Assembly (NCBI GenBank): GCA_019307135.1
Contig: JAFDKF010000002.1
Location: forward strand, 13,998-77,997
Reading direction: 5' to 3'
Length of the DNA stretch: 64,000 nt
Source: Deltaproteobacteria bacterium
GTDB lineage: Bacteria; Desulfobacterota; Desulfobacteria; Desulfobacterales; C00003060
The notes beneath the pieces were generated by a model. The model searched no databases and had not been told where the DNA came from. It worked only from the letters and a program-made list of their open reading frames with translations. This document shows positions 34,824 to 43,090 of the stretch, in pieces (the stretch's first letter is position 1; each line of letters opens with the position of its first letter). Position numbers and translations under genes: made by a program.

Positions 34824-34852
34824 ACTATAGGGAGTGCCCCCTGACTTGTCAA
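34824..34852 (-). promoter_or_regulatory. Sigma70-type promoter of the DUF134 gene
   Basis: Minus strand TTGACA (34852-34847), 17-nt spacer, TATAGT (34829-34824). Confidence 0.6.
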
Positions 34853-34898
34853 GCTGTTTTCTTGAATGCCCTCCAACTACATGGTGACTGATTGGTCG

Positions 34899-34927
34899 TT
34901 GACAGTTATTGCTTTTCTCTGTTAATA
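34899..34927 (+). promoter_or_regulatory. Putative divergent promoter for the 35023 operon
   Basis: TTGACA (34899-34904), 17-nt spacer, TTAATA (34922-34927). Confidence 0.45.
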
Positions 34928-35022
34928 GTTCATCATCAAAAGCATTGGACAGGGATTTCCTGTTTGAAGCGGCGCAGCCGCGTTACATAAAATCGTGCAA
35001 CGATTTTATCTGGAGACGAATC

Positions 35023-35667
35023 ATGTTGGACTTTTCAAAGACGTTTGAGAAATACGAGACTCTGGTTTCTGAAGTTGACAAAATCTTCGCAGCCGTACAG
35101 GAGGCCCACAAGAATTGTGTTCGCTGCAAGATCCATTGCTGTGACTGCTGCTACGCCGTGTTTGATGTCACCCTGATCGAATCGGTCTATATGAACTATC
35201 ATTTCAACAAATCGCTCACCAGGAAGGAGCGCAGACAGATCCTCAGGCGGGCGGAAAAGGCTGATCGCAAATTTTATCAGATTAAACAAAAGCTTCAGAA
35301 AATGTACATAGACCGGGGAAAGCCTCCTGAGGAGGTGTTCCACCAGTTGGCCCACGAGCGAGTATCATGTCCACTCCTCAATGACGAGGACCTGTGTGAT
35401 CTGTACGTCCGGAGGCCCATTACATGTAGAGTCTACGGTATTCCCACCTCGATAGGGGGAACTGCTCACATCTGCGGAAAATCCGGCTTCAAAGAGGGAA
35501 CCGCCTATCCCACGGTGAACCTAGATAAGATGAATGATCGCCTCTTTGAGCTCTCCGGGGACCTCCTTAAAGAGATTGGCTCAAAGCGTTCAAAGATCCA
35601 TATGAGCCTTGTACCCGTTTCATCGGCCTTGATGACCACCTATGACGAAGAATACTTTTTGGCTTGA
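35023..35667 (+). CDS. YkgJ-like cysteine-cluster protein
   Basis: Start moved to the ATG at 35023 (GGAGA upstream). CVRCKIHCCDCCYAVF, CPLL...CDLYVRRPITCRVYG. Confidence 0.55.
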   Translation: MLDFSKTFEKYETLVSEVDKIFAAVQEAHKNCVRCKIHCCDCCYAVFDVTLIESVYMNYHFNKSLTRKERRQILRRAEKADRKFYQIKQKLQKMYIDRGKPPEEVFHQLAHERVSCPLLNDEDLCDLYVRRPITCRVYGIPTSIGGTAHICGKSGFKEGTAYPTVNLDKMNDRLFELSGDLLKEIGSKRSKIHMSLVPVSSALMTTYDEEYFLA

Positions 35668-35683
35668 CGCAGGAGGTACCTAG

Positions 35684-36031
35684 ATGCGCAAACTATCGCC
35701 TGAAGATGAAGAGAGGAAGAAATTCATTTTTGACAGCATGTCCCCCAGGCGGCAAAAGCACATCCTTAAGAAAGAGGGCTACGACAAGTGGGACCCCTTC
35801 ATTGAGCCAAAAGAGCCCATTGATATGCGAGAGGATAAATCGAAGCGCACAGCCATTGAGTTGGCCCGAGAATTCCTTGCCACGTGGAATGTGGAAGAGT
35901 ATAGCAACGCCTTTGGCGAAGGGGCCTGGGAAATCTGTCTTGGAATCATTAACAATGACGACCGGTATAAGGGGATGTACGAATTTTCCTGTTGGTACCG
36001 GGAGTTCCTAAAGAAACAGGGCCTGGCGTGA
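35684..36031 (+). CDS. Hypothetical protein (115 aa)
   Basis: AGGAGG 7 nt upstream of the ATG at 35684. Preferred over the overlapping frame 35664-36011. No recognisable motif. Confidence 0.5.
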   Translation: MRKLSPEDEERKKFIFDSMSPRRQKHILKKEGYDKWDPFIEPKEPIDMREDKSKRTAIELAREFLATWNVEEYSNAFGEGAWEICLGIINNDDRYKGMYEFSCWYREFLKKQGLA

Positions 36032-36178
36032 CCGGGGAAGGGGTTTATAGGGTTCGTTGGGTTTATGGTGTTCCTTGAGTTGAAACTTAACAAACCATGT
36101 AACCCCAACGAATTCAACAAACACACAATGCAGTTTTCATTAAATCCGCAATCCGCATTCTAAAATCCGAAATCGTTT

Positions 36179-38503
36179 ATGCCGGCCCATTTCCTCTTCA
36201 TTCATGTCAACTTGTTAGCCCCCCTCAACTCCCCGGACACCATCCCCATATCTGAAGCCACGATCCTGGCCCATTTGAAGAGTCATGGATTCACCGGGCA
36301 AATTTTGGGGGATTTTGCCGATAGTCCTCTCAAGCCCGGCGTTTTGGCAAAGGCCATTCAGACGACCCAACCGCTTGCCATCGGCTTTACCGCATACCAG
36401 GAAAACATAGAGCAGATAAGGCTCTGGGCACGGTTCGCCAAGAAGTTGTCCCCGGCCGTCAAAATCATCATAGGAGGGCCCCAGGTGACCTTTATGCCTG
36501 CTGAGGGCTTGAGACACATGCCGGAGGTCGATTTTCTGTGCCGTGGGGAAGGAGAGGATGTAATGTTGGGTCTTGCCCGGGCCCTGAGCCAGATAACAGA
36601 CATTGCCTCTGTCCCAGGCCTCTGTTTTCTGCGTGAGGGTGAGGTCATAGAGACCGGTCCGGCACACGGTGCGAAAGATCTGGACACTTACGCCTCTCCT
36701 TACCTGATGGATCTGGTCGATTTGACCTGTAAGGACCGGGCCGTGATGCTGACATCCCGGGGATGCTCCTACGATTGTGCCTTTTGTTACACCCCAAGGG
36801 CGAGTCGCAGGAGCGTTAGATTCTACTCCACAGAGCGGATTATAGATGAGATGAAATATCTCAAGTCAAAGGGTATAAGGGCATTTTGGTTTGCTGATAC
36901 CAATTTCTCCTTTTCTCGAAAGCGCCTGGTCACTCTCGTTGAGGCCATCATCAGAGAGGTCCCTGGCATTACCTTCTGGTGCCAGACCCGCTATGATTTG
37001 GTTAACCGCGAAGCGCTATCCTTGCTCAGGCGGGCTGGTGCAGATAACGTGGCTTACGGACTTGAGTCGGCAAATTCCTCAGTACTTAAAAGGATCAATA
37101 AACCGATTGACTTGGAGCGCCTTTCAGAGGTGATCCGCCTGACCCAGGAGGCGGGTATCAATGTGGAGATCTTCAGCATGTTTGGTCTTCCCGGGGAAAC
37201 GTTTGACCAGGCACTGGGTACTCTGGCGTTTGTGAAGAAAAACCGTGTTGCCATACAAGGCAACTCCATATCGCAGCAGGCCCATCTTTTTTTTGGCACC
37301 CCGATGAATGACAATCCCGTAGCTTACGGTATCCGTCCCTTTCAACATTCGCGGCCTGCTTACCTGAGTGTATGCAGGGATTACGAGACCGATACGATGT
37401 CGGCAGATGAAATCCGGCGTATGAGTTTGATCTGGCGATTGAACCGTAACGACTTTGCCGAAGATGTGAGCGCTGAAAGAAACCTCTTTCACAGGGCTGC
37501 ATTCATCATCCAAAACCGCAGTGCCCTGACTCACCGGGCGGAGGCCACCTGTTTGCTGGCCCGCATATACCTTGCCCTTGAAGAGTATGGCGCGGCTTTA
37601 GATTGTATGAACCTGTTGAGCAAAGAGTTCCCCGGAAATCCGGGGGTGCAAGGGCTTCTACAGGGCCCTTTTTTGTGCTTCAAGGTGAGTCAGCAGAGAG
37701 CACGCCCTGGCTCCAAGGTGATTTATGACTGCCAGGGCTCTATTAACGACAAGGTGGTGCCTGCCACATGCGGCAGGTTCCAGGAGGCGATTCTTGGCAA
37801 GGGAGTGCTCTTACCAGAATTCGAAAGACATCTGAAGGAAATAAGTCCAGCAGAATACGCCCGGTTTGAGATAACCTTTCCTGCCGGCTATGGACAGAAG
37901 GACCTGGCGGGGAAGGTGGTCACGTTTCGGGTTCACGTGCACCACACCATGGAGCCGGCGAGAGTGAAAAACTATGAGAACCTCGATGATCATGCGTTGC
38001 GCAACGAATACGAGCTGGAGGATACAGAAGGGTTGCGGGAGCACAATATCAACCTTTATTATAAGGTGCTTCACAGGGCTAATATGCGGGGGCTGGTCCG
38101 GGAGATGACAGACTATCTTGTGCTCATGAATCTTTATCTTAAGCTGGGATTTGTGGATCTGGCGACCGCTCTTATCGGGAAGCTTCCGGAGAACCCCATG
38201 ATCGTGACTCGTGGAGCCCATATATTTCGCATGAACGGCCAACCCGAGAAGGCTTTAGAGCTTCTGAACAGGATCGGTAAAGACGGGACAAGGGAGCGGT
38301 TGATCCAGGCACAGGCCCTCTTTGATTTGAACAGGCTCGAAGAATCCGAGGCAACTGTCAACGACCTGAAGCTGCAAAATAATATCCAGCTTGCAGATCT
38401 TCGGGTTCAGCTTGCTGCCGAACTGGCCTTACCTATAGAGACTTATCTTAAAAGGGAAGAGGCGCTGCTCGACGCCAAGATGCAGGGGATGCTCAGTGGA
38501 TAA
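36179..38503 (+). CDS. B12-binding-domain radical SAM enzyme fused to helical/TPR repeats and a trigger-factor-type FKBP/PPIase-like domain
   Basis: N-terminal B12-binding-like Rossmann region, then SRGCSYDCAFCYTP (CxxxCxxC). Residues ~520-600, VIYDCQGSINDKVV...LGKGVLLPEFERHLKEISPAEYARFEITFPAGYGQKDLAGKVVTFRVHV, match the trigger-factor PPIase pattern. TPR-like helices follow. Confidence 0.8.
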   Translation: MPAHFLFIHVNLLAPLNSPDTIPISEATILAHLKSHGFTGQILGDFADSPLKPGVLAKAIQTTQPLAIGFTAYQENIEQIRLWARFAKKLSPAVKIIIGGPQVTFMPAEGLRHMPEVDFLCRGEGEDVMLGLARALSQITDIASVPGLCFLREGEVIETGPAHGAKDLDTYASPYLMDLVDLTCKDRAVMLTSRGCSYDCAFCYTPRASRRSVRFYSTERIIDEMKYLKSKGIRAFWFADTNFSFSRKRLVTLVEAIIREVPGITFWCQTRYDLVNREALSLLRRAGADNVAYGLESANSSVLKRINKPIDLERLSEVIRLTQEAGINVEIFSMFGLPGETFDQALGTLAFVKKNRVAIQGNSISQQAHLFFGTPMNDNPVAYGIRPFQHSRPAYLSVCRDYETDTMSADEIRRMSLIWRLNRNDFAEDVSAERNLFHRAAFIIQNRSALTHRAEATCLLARIYLALEEYGAALDCMNLLSKEFPGNPGVQGLLQGPFLCFKVSQQRARPGSKVIYDCQGSINDKVVPATCGRFQEAILGKGVLLPEFERHLKEISPAEYARFEITFPAGYGQKDLAGKVVTFRVHVHHTMEPARVKNYENLDDHALRNEYELEDTEGLREHNINLYYKVLHRANMRGLVREMTDYLVLMNLYLKLGFVDLATALIGKLPENPMIVTRGAHIFRMNGQPEKALELLNRIGKDGTRERLIQAQALFDLNRLEESEATVNDLKLQNNIQLADLRVQLAAELALPIETYLKREEALLDAKMQGMLSG

Positions 38504-38876
38504 CTCTGAGAGCCTTGACTTTAACAAAAACGAAGGCGCCTAAGCCGGATTTGTAGGTCTTGCCACCCCCTAAAACCCTGTGTTCCCCGGCACGATAGCC
38601 GTCGAGGTATCTTATTTCGTAGTCTTTATCGGGTTCCATGGCCAAGGCTTTTTCCAAATCGTCGTCATAGGCAAAGGCAATGGCTTCCATTAAGGCGTCC
38701 CCGAGATTGTGTCCGGTGGTGTCATAGGCGCCAATAGCCCCGCAGGGACAGAGCCACTTGTAGAAGTCCCCTTCGCGTTTGGGGTCTACTTCAGGGGGCC
38801 TTCCAAAAGGTTGTCCGCAAAAAGGGCAGCGTGGCCTTTCCGATTCTCTATAGGCTGGAAACAGTACGGACTTCAT
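38493..38876 (-). CDS. Hypothetical zinc-ribbon-containing protein (127 aa)
   Basis: CPFCG...CPCG. No strong ribosome-binding site. Convergent with, and overlapping, the end of the radical SAM gene. Confidence 0.4.
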   Translation of the reverse strand: MKSVLFPAYRESERPRCPFCGQPFGRPPEVDPKREGDFYKWLCPCGAIGAYDTTGHNLGDALMEAIAFAYDDDLEKALAMEPDKDYEIRYLDGYRAGEHRVLGGGKTYKSGLGAFVFVKVKALRVIH

Positions 38877-38941
38877 TACAATACGGCATTTGTTTGTTAG
38901 GTCCTGTGATCTTTTTGCAGTATAAGCCCTTAGGTAAACCT

Positions 38942-39757
38942 GTGCAAGAATTAAAGCATATAATATCTAACACCATCATTGAGGCCAATAGAAAGATGAC
39001 CCCTGGCGAGGTGGAAAAGGCTATTGCCAGGGCCACTGGGCTTGACAGAAAAACCGTCAAGCTTGCCATTAGAGATCTGGTTAGTCTGGGAGAACTGAGC
39101 TACACGTATGTCTACGGCACGAGCTTTTTGGAAAAGTCCTTTGACCGCCCGGTTCAGCTTTCCAAAAGGATTGTGATTAAGCCTCCCGATAAGGCGTACA
39201 AACCACAACCCGGCGAGGTGTCGGTCAATATTGCTGCGGGAGCAGCCTTCGGAAATGGTGCCCACCCAACCACCTGCCTGGTCCTGAGGGCCTTGGATTC
39301 TGTCCTGGGTGATTGTGATTACCTAAAACGAAGGACGTCTTTAACGGGGTTGGATGTTGGCACCGGTACAGGTATCCTGGCCATTGCGCTGGCAAGGCTC
39401 GGTGTTCAGAAAATCATCGCCACTGACATAGACCCGTGTGCTGTATCCGAGGCCACCTATAATGTCACATTGAATGGGCTTGCTGATCAAGTCACGATTA
39501 CGAATGCCCTTTTGGAGGAGCTTGCTACATATTTTTCTGTAATTGTGGCCAATCTGGCTTACCCAACGCTCAGGAGGCTGTCAGCCGTTCTATCAGAAAA
39601 GTTGGAACAAGGTGGCGTTCTGGTCCTTTCAGGTTTCAAGGAGCCCTTATCGAAAGATCTTGGAAAAACCTATACAGAACAAGGCCTCAGGTTGATCCAG
39701 GAAGAAACAGACCGCGAATGGGTCTGTCTTGTGTTACGCAAACCAGGACAGCCCTGA
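38942..39757 (+). CDS. PrmA-like class I SAM-dependent methyltransferase with N-terminal winged-helix segment
   Basis: FGNGAHPTTCLVLRAL, LDVGTGTGILAIALARLG, VIVANL. Start uncertain: GTG at 38942 or ATG at 38996. The track start at 38831 overlaps the opposite-strand ORF. Confidence 0.65.
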   Translation: MQELKHIISNTIIEANRKMTPGEVEKAIARATGLDRKTVKLAIRDLVSLGELSYTYVYGTSFLEKSFDRPVQLSKRIVIKPPDKAYKPQPGEVSVNIAAGAAFGNGAHPTTCLVLRALDSVLGDCDYLKRRTSLTGLDVGTGTGILAIALARLGVQKIIATDIDPCAVSEATYNVTLNGLADQVTITNALLEELATYFSVIVANLAYPTLRRLSAVLSEKLEQGGVLVLSGFKEPLSKDLGKTYTEQGLRLIQEETDREWVCLVLRKPGQP

Positions 39758-39761
39758 CGGC

Positions 39762-39900
39762 TTCGTAAAAAGTCCAACTTCTGCGTTGCGCTGCACCCTT
39801 CGTCACTGCGGCGTACCATAAGTACGCCTCATTTCTCAGGATTTGCGCGCCTTGAATTTGGAGCTTTTTACTTTGCCGTCTAATTTGGACTTTTTACGAA
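39762..39900. mobile_element. MITE-like element family B, full copy (139 bp)
   Basis: 16-bp perfect inverted termini TTCGTAAAAAGTCCAA / TTGGACTTTTTACGAA. Left ~106 bp nearly identical to 3902-4007. Confidence 0.7.
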
Positions 39901-39913
39901 ACCATCAAGTCCA

Positions 39914-41308
39914 TCAAGCAAAAAAACTCTGCATTACCTTACTAAATTCTTCTCCACGCCACGCAGTGGAAGGTCTTGTGGCTTCAGATACGAGAGTGTC
40001 TTGTCTTAAGAAAGGTAGAAAATCAGAAACCCGTGGGATAATTACTCTTACCACCGGGAAATTCAATACCGGATGGGTGTGGTCTAATATTATACAATCG
40101 GTATCGAACAGTTTACATATCCTTTTGAGTTCCTCAATCTCGCCAAGAACATCTTTGATCTTTGTGTTCTTGTAAGTTCTAATCTCTCCTTGCTCAAGAA
40201 ATGAGGTATCTTTTAGACAAACACTGCATTTCATCAACATGTAAAAATCATTAACTTGGGATCTATGGACAACCGGTCTATCCAACTGTGGACGGCAATC
40301 CAATAGAGTTTCCCTGCCTTGCATGCTTTCTGTAAAGCACCTTGTCAGACCTTCGTCTAGATTAAAAGATACGCCCGGTATCAATATTCTATATTCCAGG
40401 CGATCAGGACGCAAGTTGTTGTTGATGAACAGAGCGCCCACAGCAGGCAACAATCCATCAAGAGAAAGATCCTTGACTATTACTTCAACATTCTTTCCCT
40501 GATAAAACCTAATCATATCCCTTATGACTGCATTGTCCACAGAATCCAAATCAATTGAGGGGACTATTTTTTCAGGTTTAATTATTTGTATTTGGGCATG
40601 ACGTTCAAATATCTCGCATGAGGCCTGAATCATCGCCTCTTCGATAGTATTTCCTGCTGCCATTCCGTTAGACCCGTGAATATATGCAATGAAATTGGCC
40701 GGAACTTTTACTGTCTCTTCGCGAATTATTGAGAAACCGTCAACCCAGTGTCTGGCCATTCTGCTGTTCTTGATATCCTCAATATCCTTATCTGTCAGAT
40801 GGGTTTCGTTCGCCAGCAGGTCTTCTATTTTCAGAGGATTTTCCAAATCATCCTGGTGGGCATGTACATATCCCTCCATCCATTCATAATTCAGAAACCT
40901 ATTGGTTTCCTCATTGTAAAGGGCGGGAGCATTAAACCTCACCTGTTCTTCAAAAACCGGATAGAACAGCCCAGCGCTGAGGCGTTCAGCCAGTTCTGCG
41001 TATGCACTGGCCTCCGCAAGCTCCGGGGTAATGCCTTTCCCAACACAGACTATCCTTATTGAATCAATCCATACCCGCCCCCAATAAATGTTGTCCGACA
41101 CTTGAAAGGTGACGTATCCAACGTCAAGATCCAATTTTCGTAACCCGTCCTTTATTCTGTTAATTGTATTGGGCGGAAGATCACACTTGCCATACTCATT
41201 TCTGACGCAATTCTGAAATTTCATTGAACCTGTTACTCCGGAGGAAAGAATGATAGAGAATTCATTTTTTGGTGGGCGAGTATAGGAAGAAATGGCCTTG
41301 TATGTCAA
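39914..41308 (-). CDS. YcaO-domain protein
   Basis: GKGITPELAEASAYAELAERLSAG (YcaO ATP/Mg-binding core pattern). 464-aa frame with a TTG start. A more likely start is the ATG at 41224 (MKFQNCV). Confidence 0.75.
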   Translation of the reverse strand: MTYKAISSYTRPPKNEFSIILSSGVTGSMKFQNCVRNEYGKCDLPPNTINRIKDGLRKLDLDVGYVTFQVSDNIYWGRVWIDSIRIVCVGKGITPELAEASAYAELAERLSAGLFYPVFEEQVRFNAPALYNEETNRFLNYEWMEGYVHAHQDDLENPLKIEDLLANETHLTDKDIEDIKNSRMARHWVDGFSIIREETVKVPANFIAYIHGSNGMAAGNTIEEAMIQASCEIFERHAQIQIIKPEKIVPSIDLDSVDNAVIRDMIRFYQGKNVEVIVKDLSLDGLLPAVGALFINNNLRPDRLEYRILIPGVSFNLDEGLTRCFTESMQGRETLLDCRPQLDRPVVHRSQVNDFYMLMKCSVCLKDTSFLEQGEIRTYKNTKIKDVLGEIEELKRICKLFDTDCIILDHTHPVLNFPVVRVIIPRVSDFLPFLRQDTLVSEATRPSTAWRGEEFSKVMQSFFA

Positions 41309-41575
41309 GGTTGATGACGACCACGCACTGCATGGCGCAGAGTGCCAAGAGCCTTGGGACTTCTCAATAAACCTGGGTTGCTGTCATTGCGAGCGAGCCG
41401 ACTTCGCCATAGTAGCTTCGGCTACGACGGCTGAAAGCGAAGCAATCTCTTTCATGGCAACGACATTGCGGAGCTTGTTCCGGTGAGCTGAAACCCCGAG
41501 TGCAACGAGGGGGAAGCGAAGCAATCTCAAGAGGTTACAGATTCACCGAAAGTGGTTGATGCGTCAGGACTGCTC

Positions 41576-41604
41576 TTGACAGGAAATTCTAATTATAGTA
41601 TAGA
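41576..41604 (+). promoter_or_regulatory. Putative promoter upstream of ORF 41808
   Basis: TTGACA (41576-41581), 17-nt spacer, TATAGA (41599-41604). Confidence 0.45.
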
Positions 41605-41807
41605 GAACCGAATTTTTCAAGGCAGGATACTAACTGTGCAAACAACCAATTTTTACGAACGAAAGGGGGGTTGCGCGCTCTGGCCAGAAAGCATATCGTA
41701 TAAAGAGGACATAACTTGACAACGCAAGAATTTCCTTTTTTGAGTCCAGCTTGTAGCGGGACGTTATATAAAATCGTAAAGCGATTTTATCAACAGGAGG
41801 TGTTTAT

Positions 41808-42140
41808 ATGGCTGACTATTACATCAATGTATTTTTGGATGATGCGAAACTAAAACAGATTGAAGATGCTGGCCTAGCCGATCAAGTTCAGGAAATAGAT
41901 GGGAAAAAGGCAGTTCAGGTGGGTGTCAACAAGAAAGAACAAAAGAAGCTTGTGAAGGGCTTCCCGGATTTGACCTTCGATGCTTCCAATGCCGGCGTGC
42001 TTCCTGAAGAGGGAGAGAAGACCCTGATGGGTTTTATAACGGATAATAAGAGCCTGGACATCATGAAGTATGCAATTATACAGCTTTACAAGCCTCTTGC
42101 TGGAAGGGATATATCCGGAAGGGGCACAGGGGCGCGCTAG
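41808..42140 (+). CDS. Hypothetical protein (110 aa)
   Basis: Strong AGGAGG 8 nt upstream of the ATG. No recognisable motif. Confidence 0.55.
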   Translation: MADYYINVFLDDAKLKQIEDAGLADQVQEIDGKKAVQVGVNKKEQKKLVKGFPDLTFDASNAGVLPEEGEKTLMGFITDNKSLDIMKYAIIQLYKPLAGRDISGRGTGAR

Positions 42141-42271
42141 TGACGCAAATGAAATGCCATTCAAGGAGGGAATGGGTCCTTGGACCTATTCCCTCTTTTG
42201 TTCGAATGCTCCCTGGCTCGGAAAGGTTGGCGGTTGACAATGGGGAGATAGATTTGCTATAGACGAACATC

Positions 42272-42892
42272 ATGAAAAAGCCAAAGACAACCAGAGAATA
42301 TATTGAAGACCAGGTGGCGACCCTGGTCAAGAGCCCCCAGTGCGGCACGACGCATTACAACCTTGCCGTAGGCCTGATTGCGGAAGGTAGGTGGGATGAG
42401 GCTGTGGAGGAACTTATGGCTGCCGTAAATGAATGCCCAACCCTGGGTGAGGCATATGTGGCCCTGGGTGGCATCCAACTGCATAAGGGAGATTTGGACG
42501 CCTGTATCCATTTTAATCAGCGGGCGATTGCGGTCAGGCCGAAATTTGCCCAGCCTTATGGAAATCTGGGTTTTGCCTATGTGCAGAGAGGCGATCCCGA
42601 GACGGCCATTCGTTTCCTTGAGAAGGCGGTTTCCATTAACCCGGAGTTCATCCAGGCCCACAGCACCCTTGCCAGTGCCTATTTTATGCAGGGCCGACTG
42701 GACGAGTCGATTGCTGCTGCCAACAAGGCCCTGGAGCTTGACCCTACCTTTCCTGTAGCCCACAACAACCTTGCCCTGGCCTATTTTGAGAAGAGGACCT
42801 ACAAGGAGGCTGTAGAGCATTGCGATAAGGCTCTGGCACACGGATTTGAGGTCGAGCCAGAGTTCTTGAAAGAGTTGGAGCGCTATCGTTGA
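42272..42892 (+). CDS. TPR-repeat protein
   Basis: Four to five 34-aa repeats (e.g. AYVALGGIQLHKGDLDACIHFNQRAIAVRPKFAQ, PYGNLGFAYVQRGDPETAIRFLEKAVSINPEFIQ). Preferred over the antisense ORF 42257-42997. Confidence 0.75.
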   Translation: MKKPKTTREYIEDQVATLVKSPQCGTTHYNLAVGLIAEGRWDEAVEELMAAVNECPTLGEAYVALGGIQLHKGDLDACIHFNQRAIAVRPKFAQPYGNLGFAYVQRGDPETAIRFLEKAVSINPEFIQAHSTLASAYFMQGRLDESIAAANKALELDPTFPVAHNNLALAYFEKRTYKEAVEHCDKALAHGFEVEPEFLKELERYR

Positions 42893-43090
42893 GGCAGCCT
42901 TGGGCTTGATCACATTGTCGGCCACTTTCGGAGATTTTGTGTTGTGGGGAATATGTTCAGATGCTGGATACTGGATTCTTGATACTGGATGATCCATGTT
43001 GATTCCGCCAATCCAGCATCCAGCATCCAGTAACCAGCATCCGCTCCTGGTCCCCCAGTTCTTATATAAATGTCATAGTCAAGCGGTTTC

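Noticed and set aside
42257-42997. 246-aa minus-strand ORF
   Set aside because: It is antisense to the TPR-repeat ORF 42272-42892, which shows regular 34-aa repeats. The minus-frame product has no motif and extends into a hairpin repeat.
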